Source: Candidatus Omnitrophota bacterium
GTDB taxonomy: Bacteria; Omnitrophota; Omnitrophia; Omnitrophales; Aquincolibacteriaceae
Length of the DNA: 22,927 nucleotides
Assembly (NCBI GenBank): GCA_043803685.1
Contig: JAZDJU010000067.1
Location: 1-22,927, forward strand
Direction: 5' to 3'
Part shown: positions 1 to 9,800 of the stretch, piece after piece
How the letters are laid out: each line of letters starts with the position of its first letter
How positions within the stretch are numbered: position 1 is the stretch's first letter
Translations under genes and position numbers: made by a program
Notes under the pieces: generated by a model
Told to the model about the DNA's origin: nothing
What the model saw: the letters and a program-made list of their open reading frames with translations, nothing else
The model's database searches: none

Positions 1-1065
1 GGGGTCTGGACCGTAGGCGTGCCATCCTTACGTTCTGATATCACACGCACGAACGATCATGTCGAAGTGATCGCCCGGATCTTCGGTTATGAGAATATTC
101 CCGAGACCTTGCCGGTGCGGGAGCCGCTTACGGTTGGGGAATCGCCGAGGCTTGTTCTGGAACGCAAAATACGGAATTTTTTAAGCGGCGCGGGGCTTTG
201 TGAGACTGTGACCTTTAGCCTTGTTTCTGAAGACGGGCTTGATCCGGACAAAGATCTTAAGGAAGCCGTTCAGATCGTCAATCCGCTCCAACACGGACTT
301 CACTGGATGCGGCCGACCCTGGTGACCAGTCTCTTGGGCGTCATTCAGCGGAACGTGAATGCGGGCGCGGATTCGGTGCCGGTCTTTGAGATCGCCAACA
401 CCTACGCCATGCCGGATCCTCATAAGCATCCTGTGGAGGAGCGCGTTTGCGCGATCGCTCTTTACGGAAAGAAGGCCACTCAGACATGGCTCGATGCCGC
501 GCGAGCGGTGACGTTTTATGACCTCAAAGGTTGTGTCGAGGCGGTCTTGCAAAACGCAGGTTGCGCGGACCTTTGTGTTGCGAGGATCCAAAAGAGCTAT
601 CTGTCAGAGGGGACGGCGGAGGAATTGCGGACTTGGCAGACGCCGCTCGCCTTTTTGGGACAAGTTTCCGATGAGCTTCAAAAGAAATGGGATTTGAAGG
701 AACCTGTCTATTATGCTGAGATCTCTCTTGGGCAGTTGGTGGAGTCTTCGCGTAATGTTCGGAAGTTTAAGGAATGGCCTAAGTATCCAGCGATCGAGCG
801 TGATCTATCGCTTGTGGTGAAGGAATCCGTTCGCGGCGGGGACCTGATCTCCGAGATCCGTGGTATGGGCCAGGGGCTTATCCAGGAGGTGGAGCTTTTC
901 GACCTTTTCCGGGGCAAACGCGTTCCTGAGGGCTGTAAAAATCTCGCATTCCGCATTATTTATCAGTCGGCGGAGCGCACGCTCGTTTCGGATGAAGTGC
1001 AGGCGATCCACGACCGCATCGCGCAAACGCTTGTCCAAAAGCATCAAGCCTCTTTTCAAAATTAA
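1..1065 (+). CDS. pheT: Phenylalanine--tRNA ligase beta subunit, C-terminal part (5' end lies outside the window)
   Basis: Frame 1 is open from base 1. It shows the B5 motif VPSLRSDITR..HVEVIARIFGY, then NPL...MRPTL..SLL, FEI and FYDLKG, and a C-terminal FDX-ACB domain (YPAIERDLS..LFDLFRG..KNLAFRIIYQSAERTL). Confidence 0.96.
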   Translation, partial: GVWTVGVPSLRSDITRTNDHVEVIARIFGYENIPETLPVREPLTVGESPRLVLERKIRNFLSGAGLCETVTFSLVSEDGLDPDKDLKEAVQIVNPLQHGLHWMRPTLVTSLLGVIQRNVNAGADSVPVFEIANTYAMPDPHKHPVEERVCAIALYGKKATQTWLDAARAVTFYDLKGCVEAVLQNAGCADLCVARIQKSYLSEGTAEELRTWQTPLAFLGQVSDELQKKWDLKEPVYYAEISLGQLVESSRNVRKFKEWPKYPAIERDLSLVVKESVRGGDLISEIRGMGQGLIQEVELFDLFRGKRVPEGCKNLAFRIIYQSAERTLVSDEVQAIHDRIAQTLVQKHQASFQN

Positions 1066-1067
1066 TT

Positions 1068-1136
1068 CGGGCAACGGAAATCGGGAATCGTCAGTCGTCG
1101 GATGTTTTCGTTTCCCGTTCAACGTTTCCCGTTTCG
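1068..1136. repeat. Intergenic heptamer-repeat imperfect palindrome
   Basis: Left arm GGCAACG GAAATCG GGAATCG TCAGTCG; right arm CGTTTCC CGTTCAA CGTTTCC CGTTTCG. The arms have 7-nt periodicity and are roughly complementary. Confidence 0.7.
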
Positions 1137-1146
1137 CGAGGATTTC

Positions 1147-2481
1147 ATGACGCCATCTGACGAGCTATTCGGTCCCTCCGAAGTCGAGGATTCTCTGCAG
1201 GTCCCAAAGGACGCGCCGCTCGCCGTCCGGATGCGGCCCGCTAAGCTTGATGAGATCATTGGCCAGGAGCATCTCTTGGGCCCCGGTAAGCTTCTTCGAA
1301 GGACGCTCGAATCCGATCGTCTCTCTTCGCTGATCCTCTATGGTCCTCCGGGGACTGGTAAGACCACGCTCGCGCTCGTGATCGCTCGCACGACTGCTGC
1401 GCGCTATGTTTCGATCAATGCGGTCCTGAGCAATGTGGCGGAGATGCGCAAGATCCAGGATGAGTCCCGCAAACTCTTGCGCCAATCGAGGCGCAAAACC
1501 GTTCTATTTATCGATGAGATCCACCGTTTCAACAAAGCCCAGCAGGACATCCTGATGCCTGATGTGGAGTCGGGTGTGATCATCCTGATAGGCGCCACGA
1601 CGCAGAATCCTTCTTTCGCGATCCGTGGGCCGCTTCTTTCCCGCTCGATCGTGTGCGAATTGAGACCTCATGAGGAATCTCACCTCTTACGCATCATGGA
1701 GCGTGCCCTGAACGACAAAGATCGCGGGCTCGGGAACCTTCAGGTCAAGATCGAGCCGGCCGCTCTCGATCATATCGCAAGGCAGGCCTCGGGCGACGCG
1801 CGCCGGGCCCTGAATGCGCTGGATGTTGGGGTCATGACGACACCGCCGGATGAGAAGGGAATTATCCATTTTACGGCCGCGGTGGCAGAGGAGTCGTGCC
1901 AGAAAAAGATCGTTCAGTACGACTGGGATGAGGATTTTCACTACGACACCATCAGCGCTTTTATCAAGAGCCTTCGCGGGTCGGATGTGAATGCCGCGAT
2001 CTACTGGCTTGCCAAGATGCTTTACGCGGGGGAGGACCCGCGGTTCATTGTGAGGCGTCTTGTGATCTTCGCGAGCGAAGATATCGGGAACGCGGACCCT
2101 CAGGCCTTGATCCTGGCGACAAGCGGATTCACGGCCGTCGAGTTCGTTGGAATGCCCGAGGCTCGAATCATTCTGGCGCAGGTGGTGACCTATCTTGCGC
2201 TTGCCCCAAAAAGCAATGCCAGTTATGTGGCTATTGAGCGTGCGACTGAAGATGTCCAGAATCAAAAGTCAGAGCAGGTGCCTCAGCATCTTCGCAGCAC
2301 CGCCTACTCGGGGGCTAGGGACCTTGGTCATGGCAAGGGTTATGTCTATCCGCATAATTTTCCGGGCCAAAAGATCGACCAAACCTACCTAGATAAGCCG
2401 GCCGACTATTATGTCCCCAATCCTGTTGGGTTTGAAAAGACACTCCAGGCGAGGATGAATAAGGTTCCTGCCTCGGCCTAA
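1147..2481 (+). CDS. rarA: Replication-associated recombination protein A (MgsA/RarA AAA+ ATPase)
   Basis: PLAVRMRP, Walker A GPPGTGKT, Walker B FIDEIHRFNKAQQD, GATTQNP, GDARRALN, YDTISAFIKSLRGSD, ASEDIGNADP. Start moved from 1102 to ATG 1147 because GAGGA lies at 1138-1142 and the upstream codons are heptamer-repeat DNA. Confidence 0.96.
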   Translation: MTPSDELFGPSEVEDSLQVPKDAPLAVRMRPAKLDEIIGQEHLLGPGKLLRRTLESDRLSSLILYGPPGTGKTTLALVIARTTAARYVSINAVLSNVAEMRKIQDESRKLLRQSRRKTVLFIDEIHRFNKAQQDILMPDVESGVIILIGATTQNPSFAIRGPLLSRSIVCELRPHEESHLLRIMERALNDKDRGLGNLQVKIEPAALDHIARQASGDARRALNALDVGVMTTPPDEKGIIHFTAAVAEESCQKKIVQYDWDEDFHYDTISAFIKSLRGSDVNAAIYWLAKMLYAGEDPRFIVRRLVIFASEDIGNADPQALILATSGFTAVEFVGMPEARIILAQVVTYLALAPKSNASYVAIERATEDVQNQKSEQVPQHLRSTAYSGARDLGHGKGYVYPHNFPGQKIDQTYLDKPADYYVPNPVGFEKTLQARMNKVPASA

Positions 2482-2656
2482 GCTCTTGCCGATTAAATAC
2501 TCTCCGAAGGTCTTCTTTTATCTTACGGCTTACATCCAAAATAAGTTTAAACGAGCGATATTTGTGCCATTTTGAGGCAATTTAAGCTATGTAATGCTAT
2601 TAATATTTATAAATATACATATTAACAAATATTTTAAATTCAATTGAGTTAGGCTA

Positions 2657-2685
2657 TTGACAAATGAATGTCATTAGGCTATGTT
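2657..2685 (+). promoter_or_regulatory. Sigma70-type promoter for the small ORF/STAS-PilZ unit
   Basis: TTGACA (2657-2662), 17-nt spacer, TATGTT (2680-2685), within an AT-rich tract. The inverted repeat TGACA-N6-TGTCA (2658-2673) overlaps the -35. Confidence 0.6.
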
Positions 2686-2756
2686 TTTGTTAGAAAGTAG
2701 TAAAAGTGCTTTTAATAAATGTATAAATACTGAAATTTAAAAAAGGAGACTCGCAG

Positions 2757-2924
2757 ATGACACACGATTTATACGGAATCCGGAACTCAAAAGTGAGCGG
2801 ACGCGGTGGGGCACTTACATTTTGTGTCATCCACCAAGGCGATATTCTTTCGGGGTATATGTCCCCGAAGCTTCACCGGGAGCTTCGCCGCACAGAACGC
2901 TCAAGAAAGCGAAAAAATCTATGA
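2757..2924 (+). CDS. Small basic hypothetical protein, 55 aa (MTHDLYGIRNSKVSGRGGALTFCVIHQGDILSGYMSPKLHRELRRTERSRKRKNL)
   Basis: Translated by hand; it is shorter than anything in the ORF track. Shine-Dalgarno AAGGAG (2743-2748) lies 8 nt before the ATG, and the TGA stop overlaps the next gene's ATG (ATGA, 2921-2924). Confidence 0.55.
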   Translation: MTHDLYGIRNSKVSGRGGALTFCVIHQGDILSGYMSPKLHRELRRTERSRKRKNL

Positions 2925-3658
2925 GCAAATTCCATTATTCAACACGCGAGATCGGGGGCGTTGCGGTCTTTGATCTGAAGGGGATGCCGACCTACGAGAC
3001 GGTGCAGGAGGTGACCTGGAAGATCCAACGGAGCATCCGTCGTCATCATTTTCACCAGATCATCCTGAATTTTAAGGCCGTGGGTCCCATTGATACGATA
3101 GGTCTCCGTCACCTTCTGACGGTATGTCTGCGCCCAAAACACAGCGCCCTGTATGGAGCCTCGTCCGATATGGCCCATTTTCTCGAGGAGAATTGCTTCT
3201 CGGGGAAGGTCGATATCTGTGCGGATGAAAAGGAAGTGGCCGAAAGCTTTGGACCCTTCCTCTACGATAAGGACCCCGATAAGCGGTATATCGATAAAGG
3301 GGCAAAGACTCCGAAGGAATCGCTTGGCGCTCAACTGGACGGTCGGAGAAACCACCGTATGCATGTCGGGATTCCTGTGGAGCTGCGGATCTCCAGCGCC
3401 ATGAATGAGATCGTTACGACGAAGGCGATCGTTACAAATATTAGCCAGGGGGGGCTTTTTGTGGAGTATTTGGATCTGGATGCTGCCGCAAAGATCCTTG
3501 CCATGGAGCCTATCGAAAATCTGCCAGTGGAGATCCATATATTTCCAAGCGCTAATTTTCCCGATGAGTATCACGTGGCGGGCAAGATCCGGCGCAAGGA
3601 AGTTCGCAAGGAGCAACTCGGTTTTGGGATAGAATTCCAGGAAAATCCTAGGAATTAG
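2921..3658 (+). CDS. STAS (anti-sigma-factor antagonist-like) plus PilZ domain protein, 245 aa
   Basis: N-terminal VAVFDLKG...IILNFKAVGPIDTIGL resembles the STAS D-S-x-G-L motif with Thr at the phospho-site. C-terminal RRNHR...NISQGG matches the PilZ RxxxR and (D/N)xSxxG motifs, ending in GFGIEF. ATG 2921 preferred over the TTG at 2822. Confidence 0.8.
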   Translation: MSKFHYSTREIGGVAVFDLKGMPTYETVQEVTWKIQRSIRRHHFHQIILNFKAVGPIDTIGLRHLLTVCLRPKHSALYGASSDMAHFLEENCFSGKVDICADEKEVAESFGPFLYDKDPDKRYIDKGAKTPKESLGAQLDGRRNHRMHVGIPVELRISSAMNEIVTTKAIVTNISQGGLFVEYLDLDAAAKILAMEPIENLPVEIHIFPSANFPDEYHVAGKIRRKEVRKEQLGFGIEFQENPRN

Positions 3659-3845
3659 TGCCCATGTGGCATAACTTGTTTGATAGTATATGGTTGTGCG
3701 TCTTTTTATCATTCTCAAGACTATCCCCAATAGGGAATCTCTTTATTGCTTGAGCTTGTAATTTTTGAAATGTGTGTTAGATTTTTGCAAGATTTATTTA
3801 GATTGTAAAAAGTATTAATTAAATGATTTTTTAATGGAGGATTTG

Positions 3846-6800
3846 ATGAAGATTGGACTCAAAGTGGTTGCGGCGGTGACGCTCCTCTGCTTTGTGACGA
3901 CTCAATGTATTTCGGCGGCGCCCGGGGTGGGTATCGAAATAGCCAATCCACGCGAAGTGCCGTCTTACCTGAGCCTTGACGTTCCTGCGGAGCTCGGTAC
4001 GGTGGACTCTCTCTACGAAGCGCCTGCTAGCGCCAACCCACAATTCGTCCTTCATATCCAGAATGCCCATGCGAATTATGAAGCGCAAATGAAGATCAAA
4101 CAGCTTCTGGCTCATATGGACAAGCGCTACGGCTTCAAAACGATTTTCGTGGAAGGGGCTTCCGAAAAGCTGGATGCCGACTATATGCGCCTATTCCCGG
4201 ATGAAGCTCGGAACCTGAAACTTTGCGACGGACTCGCCAAACAGGGCGAATTGACCGGTGCCGAGCTTTATCTGATAGAGCAAACAGGGGCCCGTGGAAC
4301 GGGAAACGGGGAACGAAAAGCATCTAACGGTGACCGTTCATCGTTATCCGAGTTTCGCGGCGAAGCCGTTGAGGCCTTCGGGATCGAAGAAGCGGCGCTC
4401 TACCGGTCGAACTATAACGCCCTGAAGAAGGTGTTCGGCGCGGAAACGGATATCGATCATTTCTTCAAGGGGTTCGACGGTAAGATCGATCATGTCTCCT
4501 CGAAAGTATTTACGCCCGAAACCCGGGAACTGATTGCCGACTGGAAACGGTTCGAACAGGGACGCCGCGCGTTCATGCCCTTCGTTCAAGCGCTTGTTCA
4601 GAAATCCAAAAAAGTTCTGAAAGTTGATCTCGAGAGTCTTTTCGCTCAAGCGGGCTGGCCGCAGATCACGCGTCTTTTGGTCATCCAACGGATGGAAAAG
4701 GATCTGGACAGGACTCAGGCTCTTAAGGAAAAAACAACTCTTCTTGAGATGCTCCGACAGAAAGGCGCTTCGAAGGAACTGGTGGCAACGCTTGAGAATT
4801 TCAACGAGGGGAACATCACGGTCGGAAAGTCCACGAAGGAAGTTTTACCGCGTGTGGTCCTGGAGCGGCTCGCGTCCGAAATGGGGCCCAAGGGTTTCAA
4901 GTTCAGTGACTATCCTTCCTTCAGTCTCTTTGCGGGTTACGTTGCATTAAAGGCGGAGCTGGACCCCAAAGTTCTTTTCGCGGAGATCGAATCCCTTTTC
5001 ACGCAGATGCTCGATGCGCTGGGCAAGGAGCCTGAACAGAAATCACTACTCGCTCTTTACCGGGACGGCGAGCTCGTGCGTAAGCTTCTTCATCTGGAGC
5101 TGACTCGCGCCGAGTGGCGTCAGGTCGTTGCGGACAAGGATCGTCTTACTATTCCGTCGCTCGTTTCGCGATTGAAAGAATGTGTGCAAGTTGCGGATGA
5201 CGGAGGGCGGAAGGCGGAAGGCGTAAAAAATGGTTCTGCTCCATCCTCCATCCAACATCCGATATCCAAGTCTCCAGTCTCCGGTCTCCAGTCTGTGACT
5301 GACGTCATGCCCGAGAAATTTGCCAAGACGATGGAGGAACTCTTTTCGACCGGTCTCGAGTTCTATGATGTCGCGCGTCAGCGTGAAGCCGTCTTCTATA
5401 AAGAAATGCAAAATGCCATGAAAGAGCGCAAGATCAGTAAAGCCATTCTGATCACCGGCGGTTTCCACACCGACGGCATGAGCGACCTTTTCCGGGACCA
5501 TGACATGAGCTATGGCATCGTAACCCCGCGTCTCTCCGAAAAGTCCGACGAAAACCTCTATCGCAAGATCATGCTCCAGAAGAATACCGGAACTTTTGAG
5601 ATCTCCTATCTGGAATCGATCCTGAGAATGGAACCGCTGGCGGCACAGTTGGAGCAAGGCGGTGGAGATGTAACCAACATTGTGCAGGAATTTATGGCCG
5701 TGGCTAATATTTCGGATCCGGACCAGGCTGTGGCGATGTTGCGGGCCACTGCCGAGGCGACTGGAAAGACATTCTTGAATGGAAAAGACGGTAAAGGATT
5801 CGATATCGTTAAAGTGGGAAGTGGTTACAGGCTTGTTCTTCGTGAGCAAAATGCGGCGCCCGTCACTACTCAGATTGGTTCCGTTAAGGTTGAAACCGGC
5901 TCTATTGAATCACTTATGGCACCTGCCATTCCCGCGGATCAGCCTGAGGTTGAGGTCCGTTCCGCCACCCGCTCGGAATTACGCCTGGGATTTAAATCGG
6001 TGCTTTGGACGCTTACGATTTTGACGATAGGCGTCTCTCTTGTTGCGTTCTATCTCCAGTCGGAGAATCAAAGACTTCGAGTTCAACTTGGGGTGGAGAC
6101 ACAGAAGTTGGAACGCAACTTGGATTCCCATGTTGGGAAGCTTGCTCAAAAGCACGGCCTTTTCGACCAGCACGCCGACTTTTGGGTCGACGACAACGGT
6201 ATGCCAAAGTATGGGATCTATTTCTTTCCGAAGGGAGTTGTCTCGGATTGGCAAGCAGAGGTGAAGTCCGGGAGGACCACCGTCTATCAGCTTACGCAAC
6301 GTTTTAACGCCTATCAGGTGGTAAGAAATCTGGCGGATGAGCTCAAATGTCCCGTTCGGACGGAGGCTGAACTTCAGAAATTTGTCGAGATATTGTTAGC
6401 GAAGGGTGAGGCCGGACTTAAAGCTGCGATGAAGGAAGAAGCGAAAAAATGGTCTGACAAAATTCTGCCGGTGGCAGGTCCTTTCGTGAAATTCCGCTCG
6501 GAGGTGAGGGATAGGGATATTGCCACGATTCGTTCGGGCCGTATCTCGTGGGACCTTCGCGGTTTAAGTCTTTCCCTTGTTTTTTGGGGTGGTCTGGCAC
6601 TTTCCTTGTCATTCTCTGCAATTCTTATGTGGGCGATCTGGCAGGGGGATGCTGAGATCCAACCTGAACCAAGCGCTACACCGCCGGCCATCACATCATC
6701 CGTTCGCTCGGAGATGCGTCAGGATCTCATTGTCCCGCAGACTGGCACAGCTGTTTCCCCAAGAGTTGCGGCGATCGATGCGAAGAGGGCTCGTTGGAGG

Positions 6801-9800
6801 GCGGAGAGGGAATCTCAGAAGCTTGAGATTTTGGCGGAAGAGGCAAAGAGTGAATTCCCGTTGATCATCAAGTGGCGGATGGACGGAGGGAACGCGGCTT
6901 TAGGAGAAAAACCGCCGCGCGGAGTGAGAACGGCGAGGACGCCGCCGGGACAGATCGATAGCATCCAAGATGGGCGAGTTTTTTTTAGTAATGGCCTTTC
7001 TATTCCGGTCGCTTCTATTTTGGATTTGCGTACTGCGGATCCCGTTTTAAATTTTTCGGCCAACGTCATAGTCTGGGGTAGTGCGGCTTTCTTGGGTCTC
7101 ATAATTGTTTCGCTCATTTTTGCGGTGTTCAATGTGACGTCTTATCTCCAATCGCAGAACCGAGACATTGATGCCCGACTTGGAGTGCAAGTGGCAAGTT
7201 TAGAAAAGAATAGGCAAGAAAATGTGCATCTGAAGATCCTCAAGCTTGCTCTCGGTGACGATGACGGTGACAGTCTTTTCAATAAACATGCCGACTTTTG
7301 GATTGATGGCGATATTCCCAACTATGGGATCCATTTCTTTACAATGCGAGATATCTCGGATTGGCAAAAGCAGGTAGAGACCGGGAAGATCACTCTCGAT
7401 GAACTCAAGCAGCGTCTAGAGGCTTATGGGGTGGTGAGACAGCTGGCTGATGAGCTCATATGCCCCGTTCCGACACTGGAAAAGCTTGATGAGTTCGTCG
7501 GGATATATTTAAGCGAGGGTATGGACAAACTTAAAGCCGTGATGCAGGAAGAAGCGGTGCAACGATCTCGCGACGTTTTGCTGACGAATTCATTTCTTGA
7601 CAGCCTGACTCGCTCGGAGGTGAGGAGTGATACCGGGAAAGCTGCATTTACACTTCGTTGGCTTCAAGTTTTTTTATTGGGCGCATTTATTTTCACGCTC
7701 GGAGCTTATTTTGTTGAGCTTTGGCTGGAGCTTCGGCAGGCTGAAAATGTCCGAAAAACTGTGACATCTGAACATGTAACGGCTGCGACGGAATTCACCC
7801 AATTATTCCAGGATCTTTCCGGCCTCGATTCGAAAAATTCCGAGAGCACTCAAAAAGCTTTTGAAGGGTTGGTTAAAAAATACGGTTTGAAAGACATTTT
7901 GGTCGGTACCAGTTCGTCAAGCTCCCTTAAGCTGCTGCGCTTGATCGCTGGGGGATATCCCAAGCAGGATCCTGGCCAACCCTTCACAGGAATGATCTTT
8001 GGTAGCGAAGGCGGAAAGCGACTGGTCCTGGTGGGACCAGCACAGGCTGGTAAACAAGCGATTATTCGTTATAAACCGAAATGGGTTGGACAGAGCGGAA
8101 ATGCTTTATGGGGCGGAGTAGATTATGAGGCTGAGAAATGGAATCTTGAGTTATCAACTGGATTTTCTTCGAATGATTGTTTTTTAAAGTTCGGTTCGCC
8201 GGAAGAAGTTGCGGGTGTATTGCGTGAGGCAGAAGCCACTTTACCCCTATCATCGGTGGAGTATCTTATGAATGCCCCTCTGAGTGCGCCTGCCATCCAA
8301 TCCTCCCGCTCGGAGGTGAGGGTGGGTGAGGTGGTGAAGGAGTACGTCCTGCTCGCTCTTTCGGTCGTCTTTTTTGCTGGCGTGGGTTTTCTTGTGCTCT
8401 CGAACCCGCTCGTCGTGAATTTCTTGTATGCGGCGTTGAAGCTACCCATTAGTGCTCCCGCCTTTGGAATTGTGATGAAGGTTCTCGGCGTGCTATCAGG
8501 AGGTGCTCTGGGTCGGATGGTCGCTTTGCGGAAAATGTCACAGCATGTGAATGGGGAGGCTTTGAAAGCTGTCCGAAAGGTGGCGGGAGAATACGGCTTG
8601 CTTAGTGGGATGCAGTTCTCAGAATCTTTAGGAGAGAACGATGTTCAATTGTTTTTGGTCCAGGGGCTTTCCGAACAAGAGCTGAGGAAAAAATTTGAAG
8701 CTATCCAGACTATCCGGGATCTTGCTGAAGAAACTCAATATCCGGGGATTAAAGCGAACCAGAAAATGATGGTTGAGGCTTTGCGCGCTTGGGCGAGAAA
8801 GTTGCTGAGTGAGGGCGAGGACAAAGTCCCGGAGGTCAAGGAGAGGATAAGAAATTATTTTACATACCTTCGCGGGCAGCAGTTGCTTGCCGCGGCGCGT
8901 GTCAATGGTTCAGCGCCTGCCGAAGAGAAGTCCGCTCCTGCCTCTGATGCTTCGGAGGGCAAGCGCTCGGAGATGCGAGACCGTGGGCCAGCGAACTGGT
9001 TTAAGGGGGTGTCCTCGAAGGTATTGCTTGTCGCGATGTTTGTTTTGTTCACGTTCGGACAGTTGTTCCCGCCTGCGCTTGTGAGCCCTTCTTTTGCGGA
9101 GGGTCTGAAAGAGACGATTGAGCAAAGACTTGCCGACCCCGATTTGGCGCCTGGGCTTCGAGCTTTTTATGAAAAGCAATATGTGGAATTAGAGACAAAA
9201 AAGACGCTGCCGGAAACTTCGGATAAAGGTGGTGCGCCGTCTAAAAGTGCTGGAGATAACGGTCCGCGGGCGAAGGATCCCAAGGGCGTAAGCTTCTATC
9301 GTTCCCAACCTGCCGTGGTGACTACGATCGTTGATGCTGTCAGTCGCATTGGTGGAAAATATATGCGGCCCGGGGTGGGGATGCATTCTCCTACGTATGG
9401 CCCCATGGATCATGTCCAGGTGCATCCCGTGACAGGGAAGCCCGTGGGGAACCCGGCCAATTATGGCGCTCCATCCAAAGAAGGCGCTTTTTATCCGGCC
9501 ATGGTCCATTTCATGGAAGGAAATCCGGTTCTGAAAGGATCGGGCATTGAGCAGGTTTATTCCGTCAAGGATTTAGCCGCTGGCCTCCATGTGATGCAGA
9601 AGTTCCAGATGTCTGGGGAAGGCACGCAAACCTATGCTGGTTTATTTCCATGGCACTCCAAGAATGACAATGGAGAGCTTCTTATCGCTGAATATGGCGG
9701 GCGTTTTATGGTTCCAACGCTGGATAACGGACAGATGGCGTTTGGACTTGCCGCAGACGTCGGAGCGACCTTGAAGGCCACCGCGGGCACTCCTGAAAAG

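Larger units (their letters stand above)
4053..5468 (+). other. N-terminal domain with ChaN/EreA/TraB-TIKI-like motif order (putative metallo-hydrolase or peptidase)
   Basis: HIQNAH (4053-4070), FVEG (4146-4157), RE on a predicted helix (5382), ILITGGFH (GGFH at 5457-5468). Same H...E...R...GxxH order as this superfamily, with a long helical insertion. Recognised by eye only. Confidence 0.45.

Noticed and set aside
1102..1146. Longer rarA start at 1102 (similarly 2822, 3834 and 20927 for other genes)
   Set aside because: The downstream ATGs have better SD or coupling context, and the 1102 extension is translated heptamer-repeat DNA.
2745..2900. c-di-GMP riboswitch upstream of the PilZ gene
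   Set aside because: I could not find the class I consensus (GGCAAAC/GNRA tetraloop-receptor arrangement) or a class II pattern; only generic hairpins are present.
2939..3730. 263-aa minus-strand ORF, and other antisense ORFs such as 5046-5849, 1687-2265 and 16818-17354
   Set aside because: They are shadows of well-supported plus-strand genes and show no recognisable motifs.
3659..3845. Dedicated sigma70 promoter for the giant gene
   Set aside because: The region is AT-rich with TTGCAA at 3785, but no convincing -10 lies at canonical spacing, so no promoter was called.
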